NCBI GenBank assembly: GCA_964489405.1
Contig: CAZAYL010000002.1
Span: forward strand, 1-62,680
Reading direction: 5' to 3'
DNA length: 62,680 nt
From: an uncultured Lachnospiraceae bacterium
GTDB lineage: Bacteria > Bacillota > Clostridia > Christensenellales > UBA1242
Under the pieces are notes generated by a model. That model was not told where the DNA came from and made no database searches. It was given only the letters and a program-made list of their open reading frames with translations. Every line of letters starts with the position of its first letter. Positions within the stretch are counted from its first letter, which is position 1. The position numbers and the translations under genes were made by a program. Of the stretch, positions 46,195 through 56,901 are shown in pieces.

Positions 46195-47777
46195 ACGGAT
46201 TGAAATTAAAAATAAATTATACTTATGAAGATTTATTATGTGAATGTGCAAAGAAAATGCGTGCACGCGACGGAGAAATACTATCGATTGAGAAACTAAA
46301 AGAATCAATTGATGCGCGCGACAAAAATAACATTTTTTATGTTCTTAATGTGGCAGTGAATGTAGATAGCACATATAAAAATTTCAAACATTATACAGAT
46401 ATTTCAGTCGACCATACAGGACTTGCGTATTCAAAAGTTGTTCATACTTCCCGCCCTATTGTCGTGGGGTTTGGTCCAAGTGGAATGTTTTGTGCACTCG
46501 CCCTTGCTATTATGGGGTTGAATCCAATTATACTAGAACAGGGCAAAAATGTAGACGAGCGTAAGGAAGACGTAGCAAAATTTTGGGAGACAGGCGTTCT
46601 TGACGAAAATTCTAATGTTCAATTTGGAGAAGGGGGCGCGGGGACTTTTAGCGATGGCAAACTTAATTCAAATATCACAAACGACATTTGCAAGAAAGTT
46701 ATCAACGAATTTATTTTAGCGGGCGCACCGCAAGAAATTTTTTATAAAGCAAAACCACATATCGGAAGTGATAATTTGGTGAAAGTTGTCAAAAATATTC
46801 GCCAGCGCATTATAAATTTAGGTGGGGAAATTTTGTTCCAGCACCAATTTGTCGACTTTAAGACAAAAGATAATAAAATTTGCAAAGTGTTTGCCAAAGA
46901 TTTGCAAAGCGCCCAAATTGTTGAATTTGAAACCGATATACTTGTTCTTGGTGTGGGACATAGCGCGCTAAAAACTTTTGAATTACTATTCGATAAAGGT
47001 GTCAATCTACAGCCAAAGCCCTTTGCAATGGGTGTGCGGATTGAACATAAGCAAAAAGACATCAATATCGCGCAATATGGTAAATTTTGCGATCAACTTC
47101 CCGTTGCAGATTACAAACTTGTTACACACCTAAAAAATCAACGTAGTGTGTTTACTTTTTGTATGTGTCCAGGGGGCGTCGTCGTTGCGTCTAGTAGCGA
47201 AAAAGATACTATTGTAACGAACGGAATGAGTAACTTTGCAAGAGATGAGAAGAACGCAAATTCGGCACTACTTGTCAATGTTACGCCAGCCGACTTTTAT
47301 AAAAATTCTCCGCTAGACGGTTTGTATTTCCAAAGATTGTGGGAAAACAAAGCGTTTAGTTTGGGTGGAGCAAACTATAGTGCCCCAATTCAGACAGTTG
47401 GAGATTTCCTAGGACATAATATACAAAAGTATGAATGTGAAAATAAGGTCAATCCAACATACAAACCCAAAGTTAAATACGCAAACTTAAGTGAATGTCT
47501 TCCGCCATTTGTGTCAGAAAGTTTAAGACAAGCATTGCCCGAATTAGATAAGAAAATAAAAGGGTTTGCAAACCCTAATGCCATAATGACTGCAATTGAA
47601 AGCCGTTCAAGTTGTCCCGTCCAAATCACTCGCGACCAAAGCGGGCAATCAAGCATTTTAGGGCTTTATCCAATCGGCGAGGGTGCAGGGTATGCAGGCG
47701 GAATTATAACTAGCGCGCAGGACGGCGTCAAATGTGCGCAACAGATTGCCCAAAATCTAATTATACAAAATATCTAA
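46182..47777 (+). CDS. FAD-dependent protein (COG2509-type uncharacterised dehydrogenase)
   Basis: 531 aa with VVGFGPSGMFCAL, EGGAGTFSDGKL and GEGAGYAGGI. Confidence 0.75.
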   Translation: MLQINGLKLKINYTYEDLLCECAKKMRARDGEILSIEKLKESIDARDKNNIFYVLNVAVNVDSTYKNFKHYTDISVDHTGLAYSKVVHTSRPIVVGFGPSGMFCALALAIMGLNPIILEQGKNVDERKEDVAKFWETGVLDENSNVQFGEGGAGTFSDGKLNSNITNDICKKVINEFILAGAPQEIFYKAKPHIGSDNLVKVVKNIRQRIINLGGEILFQHQFVDFKTKDNKICKVFAKDLQSAQIVEFETDILVLGVGHSALKTFELLFDKGVNLQPKPFAMGVRIEHKQKDINIAQYGKFCDQLPVADYKLVTHLKNQRSVFTFCMCPGGVVVASSSEKDTIVTNGMSNFARDEKNANSALLVNVTPADFYKNSPLDGLYFQRLWENKAFSLGGANYSAPIQTVGDFLGHNIQKYECENKVNPTYKPKVKYANLSECLPPFVSESLRQALPELDKKIKGFANPNAIMTAIESRSSCPVQITRDQSGQSSILGLYPIGEGAGYAGGIITSAQDGVKCAQQIAQNLIIQNI

Positions 47778-47876
47778 TAATAATTGTTTTTGAATAAAAA
47801 TTGTGCTATAATTTACGCAAGTTTAGTTGCGCAAACATTTTTTTGTGCGCATTAATGTATGGATATCGGAGGAACT

Positions 47877-49451
47877 ATGATAACAATTAGCAACCTAGAA
47901 TTGCGCTTTGGTGGACAACTCTTATTTCAGGATGTAAACTTGAAATTTGTTTCGGGTAATTGCTATGGAATTATTGGCGCTAATGGAGCAGGGAAGTCGA
48001 CCTTCTTAAAAATAATTTCAGGTCAAATTGACAGCTACAAAGGCAATGTTGAAGTTGATGATAAATGCCGTATGAGTGTACTACAACAAGACCACTTTAA
48101 ATATGATGACTTTACCGTTTTTGACACTGTCATTATGGGGAATAAGAAGCTCTATGACATTATGAAAGAGAAAGAAGCGCTTTATGCAAAATATGATTTT
48201 ACGGAAGAAGATGGTTTAAAAACTGCCGAACTTGAGGCGGAGTTTGCTGAAATGAATGGCTGGGATGCGGAAACGGAAATTGCACAACTATTGGGCGGTT
48301 TAGGGCTCGATGACTCTTATTTATATCTTGAGATGAAAAATCTCAAAGAAAGTGAAAAGGTCAAAATTTTGCTTGCGCAAGCGTTGTTTGGTAGTCCTGA
48401 TATTTTGCTTTTGGATGAACCTACAAACGGGCTTGACATTAAGTCAGTTGAATGGCTCGAAGAGTTTTTAATTAACTTTGCAGGTACCGTCATTGTAGTT
48501 TCGCACGATAGACATTTCTTGAATACCGTTTGCACACATACGGTAGACATTGACTATGGCAAAATCACAACCTATGCGGGGAACTATGACTTTTGGTATC
48601 AATCAAGCCAACTCACGCAACAGTTAATGAAGAACCAAAACAAGAAAAAGGAAGAAAAGATTGCCGAACTCAAAGCGTTTATTCAACGTTTCTCTGCAAA
48701 CAAATCAAAATCAAAACAAGCGACGTCAAGAAAGAAAATTTTGGAAAAAATTCAAGTCGAAGATATGCCTGCATCAAGTCGCAAATATCCGTATGTGAAC
48801 TTTAAGGCGGAGAAAACGCTTTCAAAGGAAGTTATTCAGGCAAACAACTTGACTGTCTACAATGATGAGGGTAAGGCAATTTTATCTAATGTAGAATTTA
48901 GAATCAATAAGGATGATAAAATTGCAGTTCTTGGCGACGATATTTCGGTTACAGCATTTTTCAAAGCACTTGTGGGCGAAAGCAAATACGGCGGTTCAAT
49001 TGCAGTTGGCGCAAACACAAAAATAAGTTATTTACCTAACGACAAAAACTCATATTTTGAGTGTGAACTTAACATCATTGACTGGCTTGCGCAGTTCACA
49101 AAAGAGACCGACGAAACATTTTTGCGTGGATTTCTTGGCCGTATGCTATTTTCTGGCGAAGACGGGTTGAAGAAAGTCAAAGTTCTATCAGGTGGCGAAA
49201 AGGTGCGTTGTATGCTCTCTAAGATGATGCTCGAATCTGGCAATCTACTTATGCTTGACCAACCAACAAATCACCTTGACCTAGAAAGTATTACAGCACT
49301 CAATGACGCTTTGATTGATTTTGACGGCGTTGTGATATTTGCGTCGCACGACCACGAATTCTTGTCGTCAATTGCCAATCGCATTTTTGAAATCAAAGAC
49401 GGCAAACTTATTGACAGAATGGAAACATTCGAAGAATACATTTCGAAATAA
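47877..49451 (+). CDS. ABC-F family ATPase (two ABC cassettes, no TM domain)
   Basis: The start MITISNLEL follows a GGAGG SD. Walker A GANGAGKST, signatures LSGGEK and LLLDEPTN/LMLDQPTN, and an inter-domain linker rich in K/Q. Confidence 0.88.
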   Translation: MITISNLELRFGGQLLFQDVNLKFVSGNCYGIIGANGAGKSTFLKIISGQIDSYKGNVEVDDKCRMSVLQQDHFKYDDFTVFDTVIMGNKKLYDIMKEKEALYAKYDFTEEDGLKTAELEAEFAEMNGWDAETEIAQLLGGLGLDDSYLYLEMKNLKESEKVKILLAQALFGSPDILLLDEPTNGLDIKSVEWLEEFLINFAGTVIVVSHDRHFLNTVCTHTVDIDYGKITTYAGNYDFWYQSSQLTQQLMKNQNKKKEEKIAELKAFIQRFSANKSKSKQATSRKKILEKIQVEDMPASSRKYPYVNFKAEKTLSKEVIQANNLTVYNDEGKAILSNVEFRINKDDKIAVLGDDISVTAFFKALVGESKYGGSIAVGANTKISYLPNDKNSYFECELNIIDWLAQFTKETDETFLRGFLGRMLFSGEDGLKKVKVLSGGEKVRCMLSKMMLESGNLLMLDQPTNHLDLESITALNDALIDFDGVVIFASHDHEFLSSIANRIFEIKDGKLIDRMETFEEYISK

Positions 49452-49580
49452 TTACTTTTAATATAAATAGATATACTGAATAAGTGGCAAAAATATTGGA
49501 TTTTGCGGTAGAAAATGACAAAAAAAGTAAACTCAAAAGAGATTACTTCAAAATTTTTGTCTTTTTTATTATTATGTAAA

Positions 49581-50102
49581 TTATTTTTTATATTCATCCT
49601 CAACTGGAACTGGAGTAGTTTTTGATTTTTTGTTACTATCTTTTTTGTTTTGCAATGCAATTGGCGCCCAATGTATTGAATCTCTCACTTCAATAAATTC
49701 TGGGACATTGTAATCGCGTTTTTCTAAACGCTTGTGTAAGTGCGCATTTTTAAATATAGCATACCCGTGCGTGTTGTAAAACTTCTTTGCAAGAACTTTG
49801 CCAATTTTCCCGTGTGGAAAATAAATGCCGTCAATCCTGTTGACATAGTTTTGAAGTAGAAATTTTTCGAAAATTATACTCATACAACTACCAACGCCAG
49901 TGTTGAGATATAATGGCTCAACTTCAATCGCGTCTAGAAAGCACGCATTCTCGTCGTAGTAAATAAAAAAATCAATGTAGCCAATTAAATCTCCATTTGA
50001 GTTTAACGCGCGAACTTCAAAATAATCGCGCTCATCGGCGAATTTTGCTAAAACGATAGTAATTTTTTCGCCACCCTTAATCTTGAAATTAAATTCTTCC
50101 AT
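49581..50102 (-). CDS. Hypothetical protein, possibly GNAT-like
   Basis: 173 aa. LNTGVGSCM weakly resembles GNAT motif A. Confidence 0.45.
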   Translation of the reverse strand: MEEFNFKIKGGEKITIVLAKFADERDYFEVRALNSNGDLIGYIDFFIYYDENACFLDAIEVEPLYLNTGVGSCMSIIFEKFLLQNYVNRIDGIYFPHGKIGKVLAKKFYNTHGYAIFKNAHLHKRLEKRDYNVPEFIEVRDSIHWAPIALQNKKDSNKKSKTTPVPVEDEYKK

Positions 50103-50108
50103 AGCAAA

Positions 50109-50137
50109 AGTATAACACTTATTTCATAACTTGTCAA
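50109..50137 (-). promoter_or_regulatory. Near-consensus promoter with the -10 element 6 nt upstream of ATG 50102 (leaderless candidate)
   Basis: The minus strand reads TTGACA (rc 50132-50137), 17 nt, TGtTATACT (rc 50109-50117), TTTGCT, ATG. Confidence 0.6.
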
Positions 50138-50380
50138 TATTTATTGACTAAAGTCCACTTAATTTAGATATTTGATTGAGAATAATTGTGGAGTATTAAA
50201 CAAAATAAATAGAAACATTACTATGAAATTAATAGGTATGTCAATACTTTTTGCATAACCTATTTTTTTTATGGATTTGTTTTTAAACAAACCACACAAA
50301 AATTTTAAATTTCCTATTGACTTTTTTTGATTTTTCTTGTATTCTTAAATAAGAATTTTACATATAATTTTGGAGTGTAT

Positions 50381-53300
50381 ATGCAAAGACTAAAAAAATC
50401 AAGCAAATTATTTTTTATAGCGTTCGTATCAATAATTTTAACCTTTTCACTTTTAGGGTTGGGAGCGTATTTTGATAAAGAAAAGTTGAATTCAATTTAC
50501 GCTGACAGCACGGTTGAAACTGTCATTGAATACGGCGAATACCTTTCGAATTTGACGCCGATATCACAAACAATCGGTTATAGCACATTAAAATTGGATA
50601 AAAACATAAATGGAGATGTTATTTCTTTTATAGTCAATGGGGCTACAAAGAGTTTTAAAAAGGGACTTATTGCCCACGCGACATCGACGCTCGTTTATGA
50701 CCTTGGGGCAAGTCATCATTATGACTATTTTTCCACTTATATGGGGATAGACGCTGTGCAAAATGGCAAAGGCAATGCCAAATTTTCGGTTTACACATCT
50801 ACAGACAACGAAAATTGGACGGCGGTCCTTGAACCGACTGCAAGGACAAGTAGTGATGAAGCAATTTTTCTTCAAATTTCAATCAAAGACATTAGATATT
50901 TAAAATTTTATTTTGATTCTAATGGGGTTAATAGTTATGACCATTCGGGGCTAGGCGATTGCAAACTTTTTTCATCTGGCTATGATTTTGAAAGAAGTGA
51001 AGACTTAATCAAAACAGTTGAATATTATAATAATTTATTTACAGGCAAAACAACACAAGAAATTTTAGAAAATTATACGCTAGAACTTATGCAACGCAAA
51101 TTTATTGACACAATAGGTTATGAAACAATAAAAGACGGGCTCTTAATTGGGGAGTTTGAGCACGAACGCCGACAAATGCTAAATTGGTTATATAATGACA
51201 GCATAGCATTGAGAGATTTTGTAACAGGGGGGGCTCCTAATGGGGGCAGTTACATAAATGCGCTCAAAGTTTTGACAAGACTATACAAAGAGCATAGTGC
51301 CGACCTTAGCGACACAACGGCATTGTTTGCCCCAGAAACAGGGTCAACAAGAACTCGCGGGGACGTCTATCGCACTATGATGATTTCAATTGCATTGACA
51401 AATGCAAGGGACGTCTATGGTTGGGTAAACTCGGGCGATATTCTTGACCCACTTGCAAGATATGAAGCATTCAAATATACGTATCTTGCGGAAGGTTACC
51501 ACTTGAGATATGATATTTTTGAGAACCTTTGCGTCGAAGAGATGAGATACCTAATGAGTTCACGCATTAATAGTGAAGAAATATATTGGCTCAATGCATA
51601 CTCTACAATTAAATATTTAGAAAAAAATTCAGCAATCAAATATCCAAATGTTTATTCGCCACATTCGCACATTCGCTATGGGAGAGATTGGAACTATGCG
51701 TCAAAGGGATATTATGAAAAAGAAAACTTTGAACAGTATAATCAAAAATATATGCTAGAGCAATTCGGCGTGTATTTGACAACAACTCCACGCCTCTGGA
51801 TGGCGATGGATGGTAGTCAAATTTGTTGGGGCATTTCGTACCTTGGCACAAACTTTGCGTCCGCATTTGGTGTTCCATCTCACTATGTTAGACAGCCCGA
51901 CCACGCGGCGTTTCTTGTATACAACAAGGACTCCAACGGGAGAACCACTTGGACAATCGATAACGACATATTCGGGTGGACAAAAACTTGGATGAATGAA
52001 GACACCGTCGGGCACGGCAACAATCGTATGATGTGCGATTGGGGGACAACGGGCAGTGAACAGGTTACACATTCTAATGCCACATATATTCTCTTGTCCG
52101 CAACTGCACTTGACAATCAAGATAGTTATGAAAGAGCGGAACTTGTATTGAGTCTTAAAAGCGCAACACCGCTTGCAGAACAAGAAAACTTATTTAGATA
52201 TGCTTTGTCTATTATGCCATATCACTTAGATGCTTGGTATGAACTTGTCAAATTGTATATTAACACTAATGAAAGTGATGATAAATTGACACAACTTGCA
52301 GAAGAAATTGCACAAAATATGTATTGTTTCCCTCTCCCTATGCACGAATTAATTGCGTTGATTGAAAATGAATTGAGTGCGCGCAACACTGATTCTTCTA
52401 TTATTCAACTTGCAAACATTCGAAACATAGACAATATTGCATTGCAAAAAGCAACCAACGTAAACAACGATGAAGATGCAAAAATTTTAATCGCGCAAAC
52501 CGCTCCTTGCATTCAAGAAGCAAAATATCTACTCGGCTTAGTGGAAGAAGAAAAACTGGCAACGTTTGCTTTTGACGGCGGAAATAAAAACAAATTGGTA
52601 TTTAATTCAAACTATACAAGTGTTAGATACAAATACAGTATTGACGGGGGAACAACGTGGAGCGATTCACTTGTTACATCGGCAGATAATATTGCGCACG
52701 AATTGACTGCTAGTGAACTTGCGACTATTTCGAGTGCTAACGACATATACATTTGGCTTGAAGGTTGGGGCACAACAATTGATATTTCTAAGGCGTTCAA
52801 AATCGATATTGTGGACGGCGTCGCGATTTCTAACCTAGAAAGCAATGACAACGAGAATAGATTCTTTGGCACTTTTACAAATGTTGAATATTCACTAGAT
52901 GATGTACTTTGGCAAGATTTGAGCGAAAATAGCACATTTGAGGGGGACAAAACTATATATGTTCGCTATAAAAAGCATGGCACAACCCTACAAGGGAGTA
53001 GCACGATTTTTCAATTTGTCGACAATTTTAATTCGACAAGAAATTACATACCAATCTCATCACTTACCTTGTTTGATTATTCAAGTGAAGAAACATCTCG
53101 CAACGATTATGCAAAACACGCCATTGACGGTAAACTTTCTACGCGTTGGCACACAAAGTGGAGTGGTGGCGACACAAGCAGATTTATTACCGTGAAACTC
53201 GACAGCAGTAGGTACATTAGCGGGTTTGACTATACACCCGTTGGGGGGAATGGCACAATACTTGCTTGCAGTGTGTATGTCAGCCAAGATGGCACAAATT

Positions 53301-55411
53301 GGACTTTGGCAACGAATGTGAGCGGGTGGGGAAACAACAACACAAAGAAATCTTTGACATTTACGCCAATTTATGGGCAATATATCAAGGTTGTGGGGAC
53401 AAATACTGTTGGTGGTTTTTGTTCGGCAAGATTGTTAGAATTTTTTGAAGATACTACATTAAAAGACAAACAAATAAAAGGGCTGGAAATTGTAAGTCAA
53501 CCAAATCAAGAAGTTTACTTTATAAATCAAAAAATAAATTATAATGGCTTAAAAGTGAAAATAATTTTTCAGGACGACACTTTTGCAGTTATTCCTAATG
53601 AACTATTGACATTAGATGATATTACATTCACTCAACTTGGTACACAAGAAATAGTTGTCAAATATAATGAAACAATAAAATCAAGTTTTGTGGTTAAAAT
53701 CATAGACGTTAGCGACAGTGTAGCTTTAGTCGGCGAAAATTATTTTTCATCGCTTGACGACGCAATTGCAAACATTGAAAATGTTGGCACGATTGAACTT
53801 TTGAAGGATGTTGCCGTTTCATCGGGATATACTATTTCAAAGAAAATCACAATAAATGGCAATAATCATATTTTGACAAGACAAAGCGAGCTTTTGTCAG
53901 CGATATTTACTGTTACTGGCAGTGGAAGTTTGGCACTAGAAAATTTAATAATTGATGGTGGCGCAGTTTGGAGCGGAGACACAAACACCATTTTGGGGCG
54001 TGGGACAACGAATAATGGGATTTCCGCAACAAGTTCATTGATAAGAATGAGTGATTATTCTACACTTGTTTTAAATAATTGCACGCTGAAAAACAACTAC
54101 AACAATTATACTACAAATGCGCAAAACGCGGGTGGTGCAATCTTTTTAGGTGGTAACTCTAGTGCGACTTTGTCGAGTACAATAATTCAAAATTGTTATT
54201 CATATACATTTGGTTCAGCAATATATACGCGCGATAATTCAAATTTGGTAATTGATAGTGGGGTATTTTCAGGCAATAGTGGAAGCACAAATAACAACAC
54301 GACAGTTATTTGTGTGGACAATTCTTCGACTTGTACAATAAATGGCGGAATTTTTGAGAATAATCTCGCAAATTCAAGGGGGGGTGCAATTTGGGTTTCA
54401 AATGGGAGACTCGACATTAATGGCGGGACTTTCAGAAATAACTATGCAACATTTGGCGCGGGGATATATTTGTATGGAAACGCAAAAGTCAACATTGCAG
54501 ATTTTGAAGAAATGGAAGAAATTTATCTTCCAAGTGGCAAAAAAATCTACATTTTGGGTTTACTTTTGAACAGAACATTAAATATCAAAATGGCAAATAC
54601 CGCAGATGATACAATTCTTGCTGTTTGTGAAGATGAAGAATTGATATACAAAGTTCTAAAATCAATAAATGTGGAAAATAAACTTTTGTATGTCGATGCA
54701 ACAAATATAAAAATTGGGGACAAGACAAGCGCGAAAGCAACGATTAAAGTTGGTGAAAAAGAGATTTGTTTTTCATCTTTGATTCAAGCTATTAATTGTG
54801 CCGATAGTGGCGACACTATCGTTTTGAATGATGATGTTACGATTAATGAAGACATCTACATCGAGAAACCATTAATTGTCGACCTTGCAAATTCAATGTT
54901 TAATGGAATTGAGCATATCAAAACGCAATCGTTGTGCGTCCAATATGCTGACAACTTAATAGAAATTTGTAACCATACATATAATCAAAATGTCATATAT
55001 ACGTGGAGTGCAGATAATGCGACTTGTACCGCAGTCGGCTATTGCGAATGCGGAGAAATGCACACCGAAATTGTTCAAACAACCAAAACACTAATAACGC
55101 CAGCAAGTTATGAAAGCGAGGAACTTTCAAACTTTAGCGCCGAATTTAGTAGTTTTGAAAAACAAGAAAAAAAGAACGTTGTTACGGGCAGTCGTTTGAC
55201 AAAACCACAAACGGAAGATAACAATAAAGACAATACAAAAGATAATACTGAAACTGAAGTTGACAATACGACCAATAGCGCAAAAAATAGTAAAGAGAAA
55301 GATAATGATATAGTTTTGATATCGATAATTAGTGGTGGCGGAGTCGTTTTAATTGTGTTGGCAATATTGCTTACATTTAGGTTTAAAAGGAAAGATAAAA
55401 TTAAAAAATAA
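50381..55411 (+). CDS. Giant (1676 aa) multidomain surface protein: NPCBM-like, transglutaminase-like, F5/8 type C (discoidin), Ig-like, Pmp-type beta-helix, Cys-rich module, C-terminal TM anchor
   Basis: Start MQRLKK after a GGAG SD, followed by a signal/anchor helix. The NPCBM-like segment spans about 50504-50972. QICWGISY...QPDHAAFLVY...IDND lies at about 51800-51970. HAIDGKLSTRWHTKW discoidin lies at about 53100-53450. GGAIF/GSAIY/GGAIWV with FxxN repeats lie at about 54100-54480. The terminal helix is VLIVLAILLTF followed by RFKRKDKIKK. Confidence 0.8.
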   Translation: MQRLKKSSKLFFIAFVSIILTFSLLGLGAYFDKEKLNSIYADSTVETVIEYGEYLSNLTPISQTIGYSTLKLDKNINGDVISFIVNGATKSFKKGLIAHATSTLVYDLGASHHYDYFSTYMGIDAVQNGKGNAKFSVYTSTDNENWTAVLEPTARTSSDEAIFLQISIKDIRYLKFYFDSNGVNSYDHSGLGDCKLFSSGYDFERSEDLIKTVEYYNNLFTGKTTQEILENYTLELMQRKFIDTIGYETIKDGLLIGEFEHERRQMLNWLYNDSIALRDFVTGGAPNGGSYINALKVLTRLYKEHSADLSDTTALFAPETGSTRTRGDVYRTMMISIALTNARDVYGWVNSGDILDPLARYEAFKYTYLAEGYHLRYDIFENLCVEEMRYLMSSRINSEEIYWLNAYSTIKYLEKNSAIKYPNVYSPHSHIRYGRDWNYASKGYYEKENFEQYNQKYMLEQFGVYLTTTPRLWMAMDGSQICWGISYLGTNFASAFGVPSHYVRQPDHAAFLVYNKDSNGRTTWTIDNDIFGWTKTWMNEDTVGHGNNRMMCDWGTTGSEQVTHSNATYILLSATALDNQDSYERAELVLSLKSATPLAEQENLFRYALSIMPYHLDAWYELVKLYINTNESDDKLTQLAEEIAQNMYCFPLPMHELIALIENELSARNTDSSIIQLANIRNIDNIALQKATNVNNDEDAKILIAQTAPCIQEAKYLLGLVEEEKLATFAFDGGNKNKLVFNSNYTSVRYKYSIDGGTTWSDSLVTSADNIAHELTASELATISSANDIYIWLEGWGTTIDISKAFKIDIVDGVAISNLESNDNENRFFGTFTNVEYSLDDVLWQDLSENSTFEGDKTIYVRYKKHGTTLQGSSTIFQFVDNFNSTRNYIPISSLTLFDYSSEETSRNDYAKHAIDGKLSTRWHTKWSGGDTSRFITVKLDSSRYISGFDYTPVGGNGTILACSVYVSQDGTNWTLATNVSGWGNNNTKKSLTFTPIYGQYIKVVGTNTVGGFCSARLLEFFEDTTLKDKQIKGLEIVSQPNQEVYFINQKINYNGLKVKIIFQDDTFAVIPNELLTLDDITFTQLGTQEIVVKYNETIKSSFVVKIIDVSDSVALVGENYFSSLDDAIANIENVGTIELLKDVAVSSGYTISKKITINGNNHILTRQSELLSAIFTVTGSGSLALENLIIDGGAVWSGDTNTILGRGTTNNGISATSSLIRMSDYSTLVLNNCTLKNNYNNYTTNAQNAGGAIFLGGNSSATLSSTIIQNCYSYTFGSAIYTRDNSNLVIDSGVFSGNSGSTNNNTTVICVDNSSTCTINGGIFENNLANSRGGAIWVSNGRLDINGGTFRNNYATFGAGIYLYGNAKVNIADFEEMEEIYLPSGKKIYILGLLLNRTLNIKMANTADDTILAVCEDEELIYKVLKSINVENKLLYVDATNIKIGDKTSAKATIKVGEKEICFSSLIQAINCADSGDTIVLNDDVTINEDIYIEKPLIVDLANSMFNGIEHIKTQSLCVQYADNLIEICNHTYNQNVIYTWSADNATCTAVGYCECGEMHTEIVQTTKTLITPASYESEELSNFSAEFSSFEKQEKKNVVTGSRLTKPQTEDNNKDNTKDNTETEVDNTTNSAKNSKEKDNDIVLISIISGGGVVLIVLAILLTFRFKRKDKIKK

Positions 55412-55414
55412 TGT

Positions 55415-55451
55415 AAAAAACTGCAGATGAGAAATTTTGCAGTTTTTTTTT
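55415..55451 (+). terminator. Terminator after the giant gene
   Basis: aaaaactgca / tgcagttttt stem followed by a T-run. Confidence 0.7.
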
Positions 55452-55707
55452 ACTGAAAAAAACGTCGATATATAAATCAAACTATGCGTGAAATATAATA
55501 TAAATACTTGCCAAAAAGGAAGATTTTTTGTGAAATTTTTGTTGATTTTATCAATAATCGACATATTTTTGCATTTTTGTACAAAGTTTTTTATTATTTT
55601 GTACAAAAATGCTTTTATTTTTACGTTTTTTGTGATAAAATTACAATGTTTGACATAGTCGGTACTTGTCATCTATTATTCTTTTAGGGATATTTTAGGA
55701 GTTAAAT

Positions 55708-56457
55708 ATGAAACAAAAATTATTAATTGTTCAAGATGAGGAAACTTGCAGAATTTTAAAGGATCACTTTTCATCCAGTTTTGATTATGAAATTGTTGGT
55801 GCAGTCAGTAATGGGGATGACGCAATTGACTTTATTGTCAATTCTTGTCCCAATATTGTTATACTTGATTTAATTTTACCTATTCGCGACGGCTTTTATA
55901 TCTTGGACTACATTAGTACAAAGTTAGTATCAAACAAACCCAAAGTTTTAGTTTTGACTGCACTTATGCAAGAAAATTTTGTCAACAAAGCGATGTGTTG
56001 TGGCGCGAGTGATTTTTTGGCAAAACCCTTTGACATTGAATCTTTGCGCAAGCACTTAGGGGATTTGCAAGATGATAAAGGAGTTATTTCCTTTTGCCCG
56101 CCCAAAGTTCGTGCAATTGAGGAGCGGATATCGAATATTTTTCTTACAGTCGGCATTCCCGCACATATCAAAGGGTATCAATTTTTGCGCGAAGCCATCA
56201 AGATATGTATCAACCGTCCTGACATTATCAACAACGTAACAAAAGAGTTATACCCTTCTGTTGCGGATAAATTTGAAACATCTCCAAGTAAAGTAGAGCG
56301 CGCAATCCGTCACGCGATTGAAGTTGCGTGGAACCGCGGCAAAATTGAGAACATCAACAATATTCTTGGAATCAAAATCTATAATAGCAACGAAAAGCCA
56401 ACCAATAGTGAGTTCATTGCTCTCATCTCGGACAAAATGATAATTGATGAATGTTAG
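55708..56457 (+). CDS. spo0A: Sporulation master regulator Spo0A (receiver domain plus Spo0A_C domain)
   Basis: The C-terminal domain is nearly diagnostic: GIPAHIKGYQFLREAI, SKVERAIRHAIEVAWNRG and KPTNSEFIALISDKM. The receiver has Asp in VILDLILP, T in LTA and K in AKPF. Confidence 0.92.
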   Translation: MKQKLLIVQDEETCRILKDHFSSSFDYEIVGAVSNGDDAIDFIVNSCPNIVILDLILPIRDGFYILDYISTKLVSNKPKVLVLTALMQENFVNKAMCCGASDFLAKPFDIESLRKHLGDLQDDKGVISFCPPKVRAIEERISNIFLTVGIPAHIKGYQFLREAIKICINRPDIINNVTKELYPSVADKFETSPSKVERAIRHAIEVAWNRGKIENINNILGIKIYNSNEKPTNSEFIALISDKMIIDEC

Positions 56458-56499
56458 TCAATGTTGTTTGAAACAGACGTTATTTTCCAAGAAATAAAG

Positions 56500-56536
56500 A
56501 GCATATTTTAGGAGTTTTCCTAGAGTATGCTTTTTA
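56500..56536 (+). terminator. spo0A terminator
   Basis: 13-bp stem (with two G.U pairs) agcatattttagg / cctagagtatgct followed by ttttt. Confidence 0.6.
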
Positions 56537-56901
56537 TATAAGTTATATTTAGATTATCAAATAAACATCATAATATTTTGTGGTTATTTTAGCAATTTAT
56601 TTTGTATGTCAGTCATTACTCTTTTCCATATTTAGTTTTTGTTTAATTGTTTTTTGTATATTGTTTTATGTTTGCGTGCTTGTTTCGGGGAGAGAGAGGA
56701 AACGCCAACTTATACCAAGATAAGCATATGCTTAAATTCCACGATTTTAAATAAATTAAAAAGTATAGTGAATAGTATACAAGATGATAAGTATATTAAT
56801 AAATCTATAATATATAGAAAAATAATATGAATAACATACAAGTAGTTGCGTTTATTTATTTTTTGTGATATAATGCTTTCAGTTTTAATAGGAGATATAA
56901 A

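Noticed and set aside
49271-49660. 129-aa minus-strand ORF spanning the ABC-F 3' end and the intergenic region.
   Set aside because: It overlaps two better-supported genes and has no SD or motif.
56639-56830. Small ORFs in intergenic AT-rich DNA (56639-56830, 57948-58157, 30490-30687, 15007-15198, 39550-39768).
   Set aside because: They have no SD, hydrophobic low-complexity translations, and lie within promoter or terminator regions. They are probably chance ORFs.
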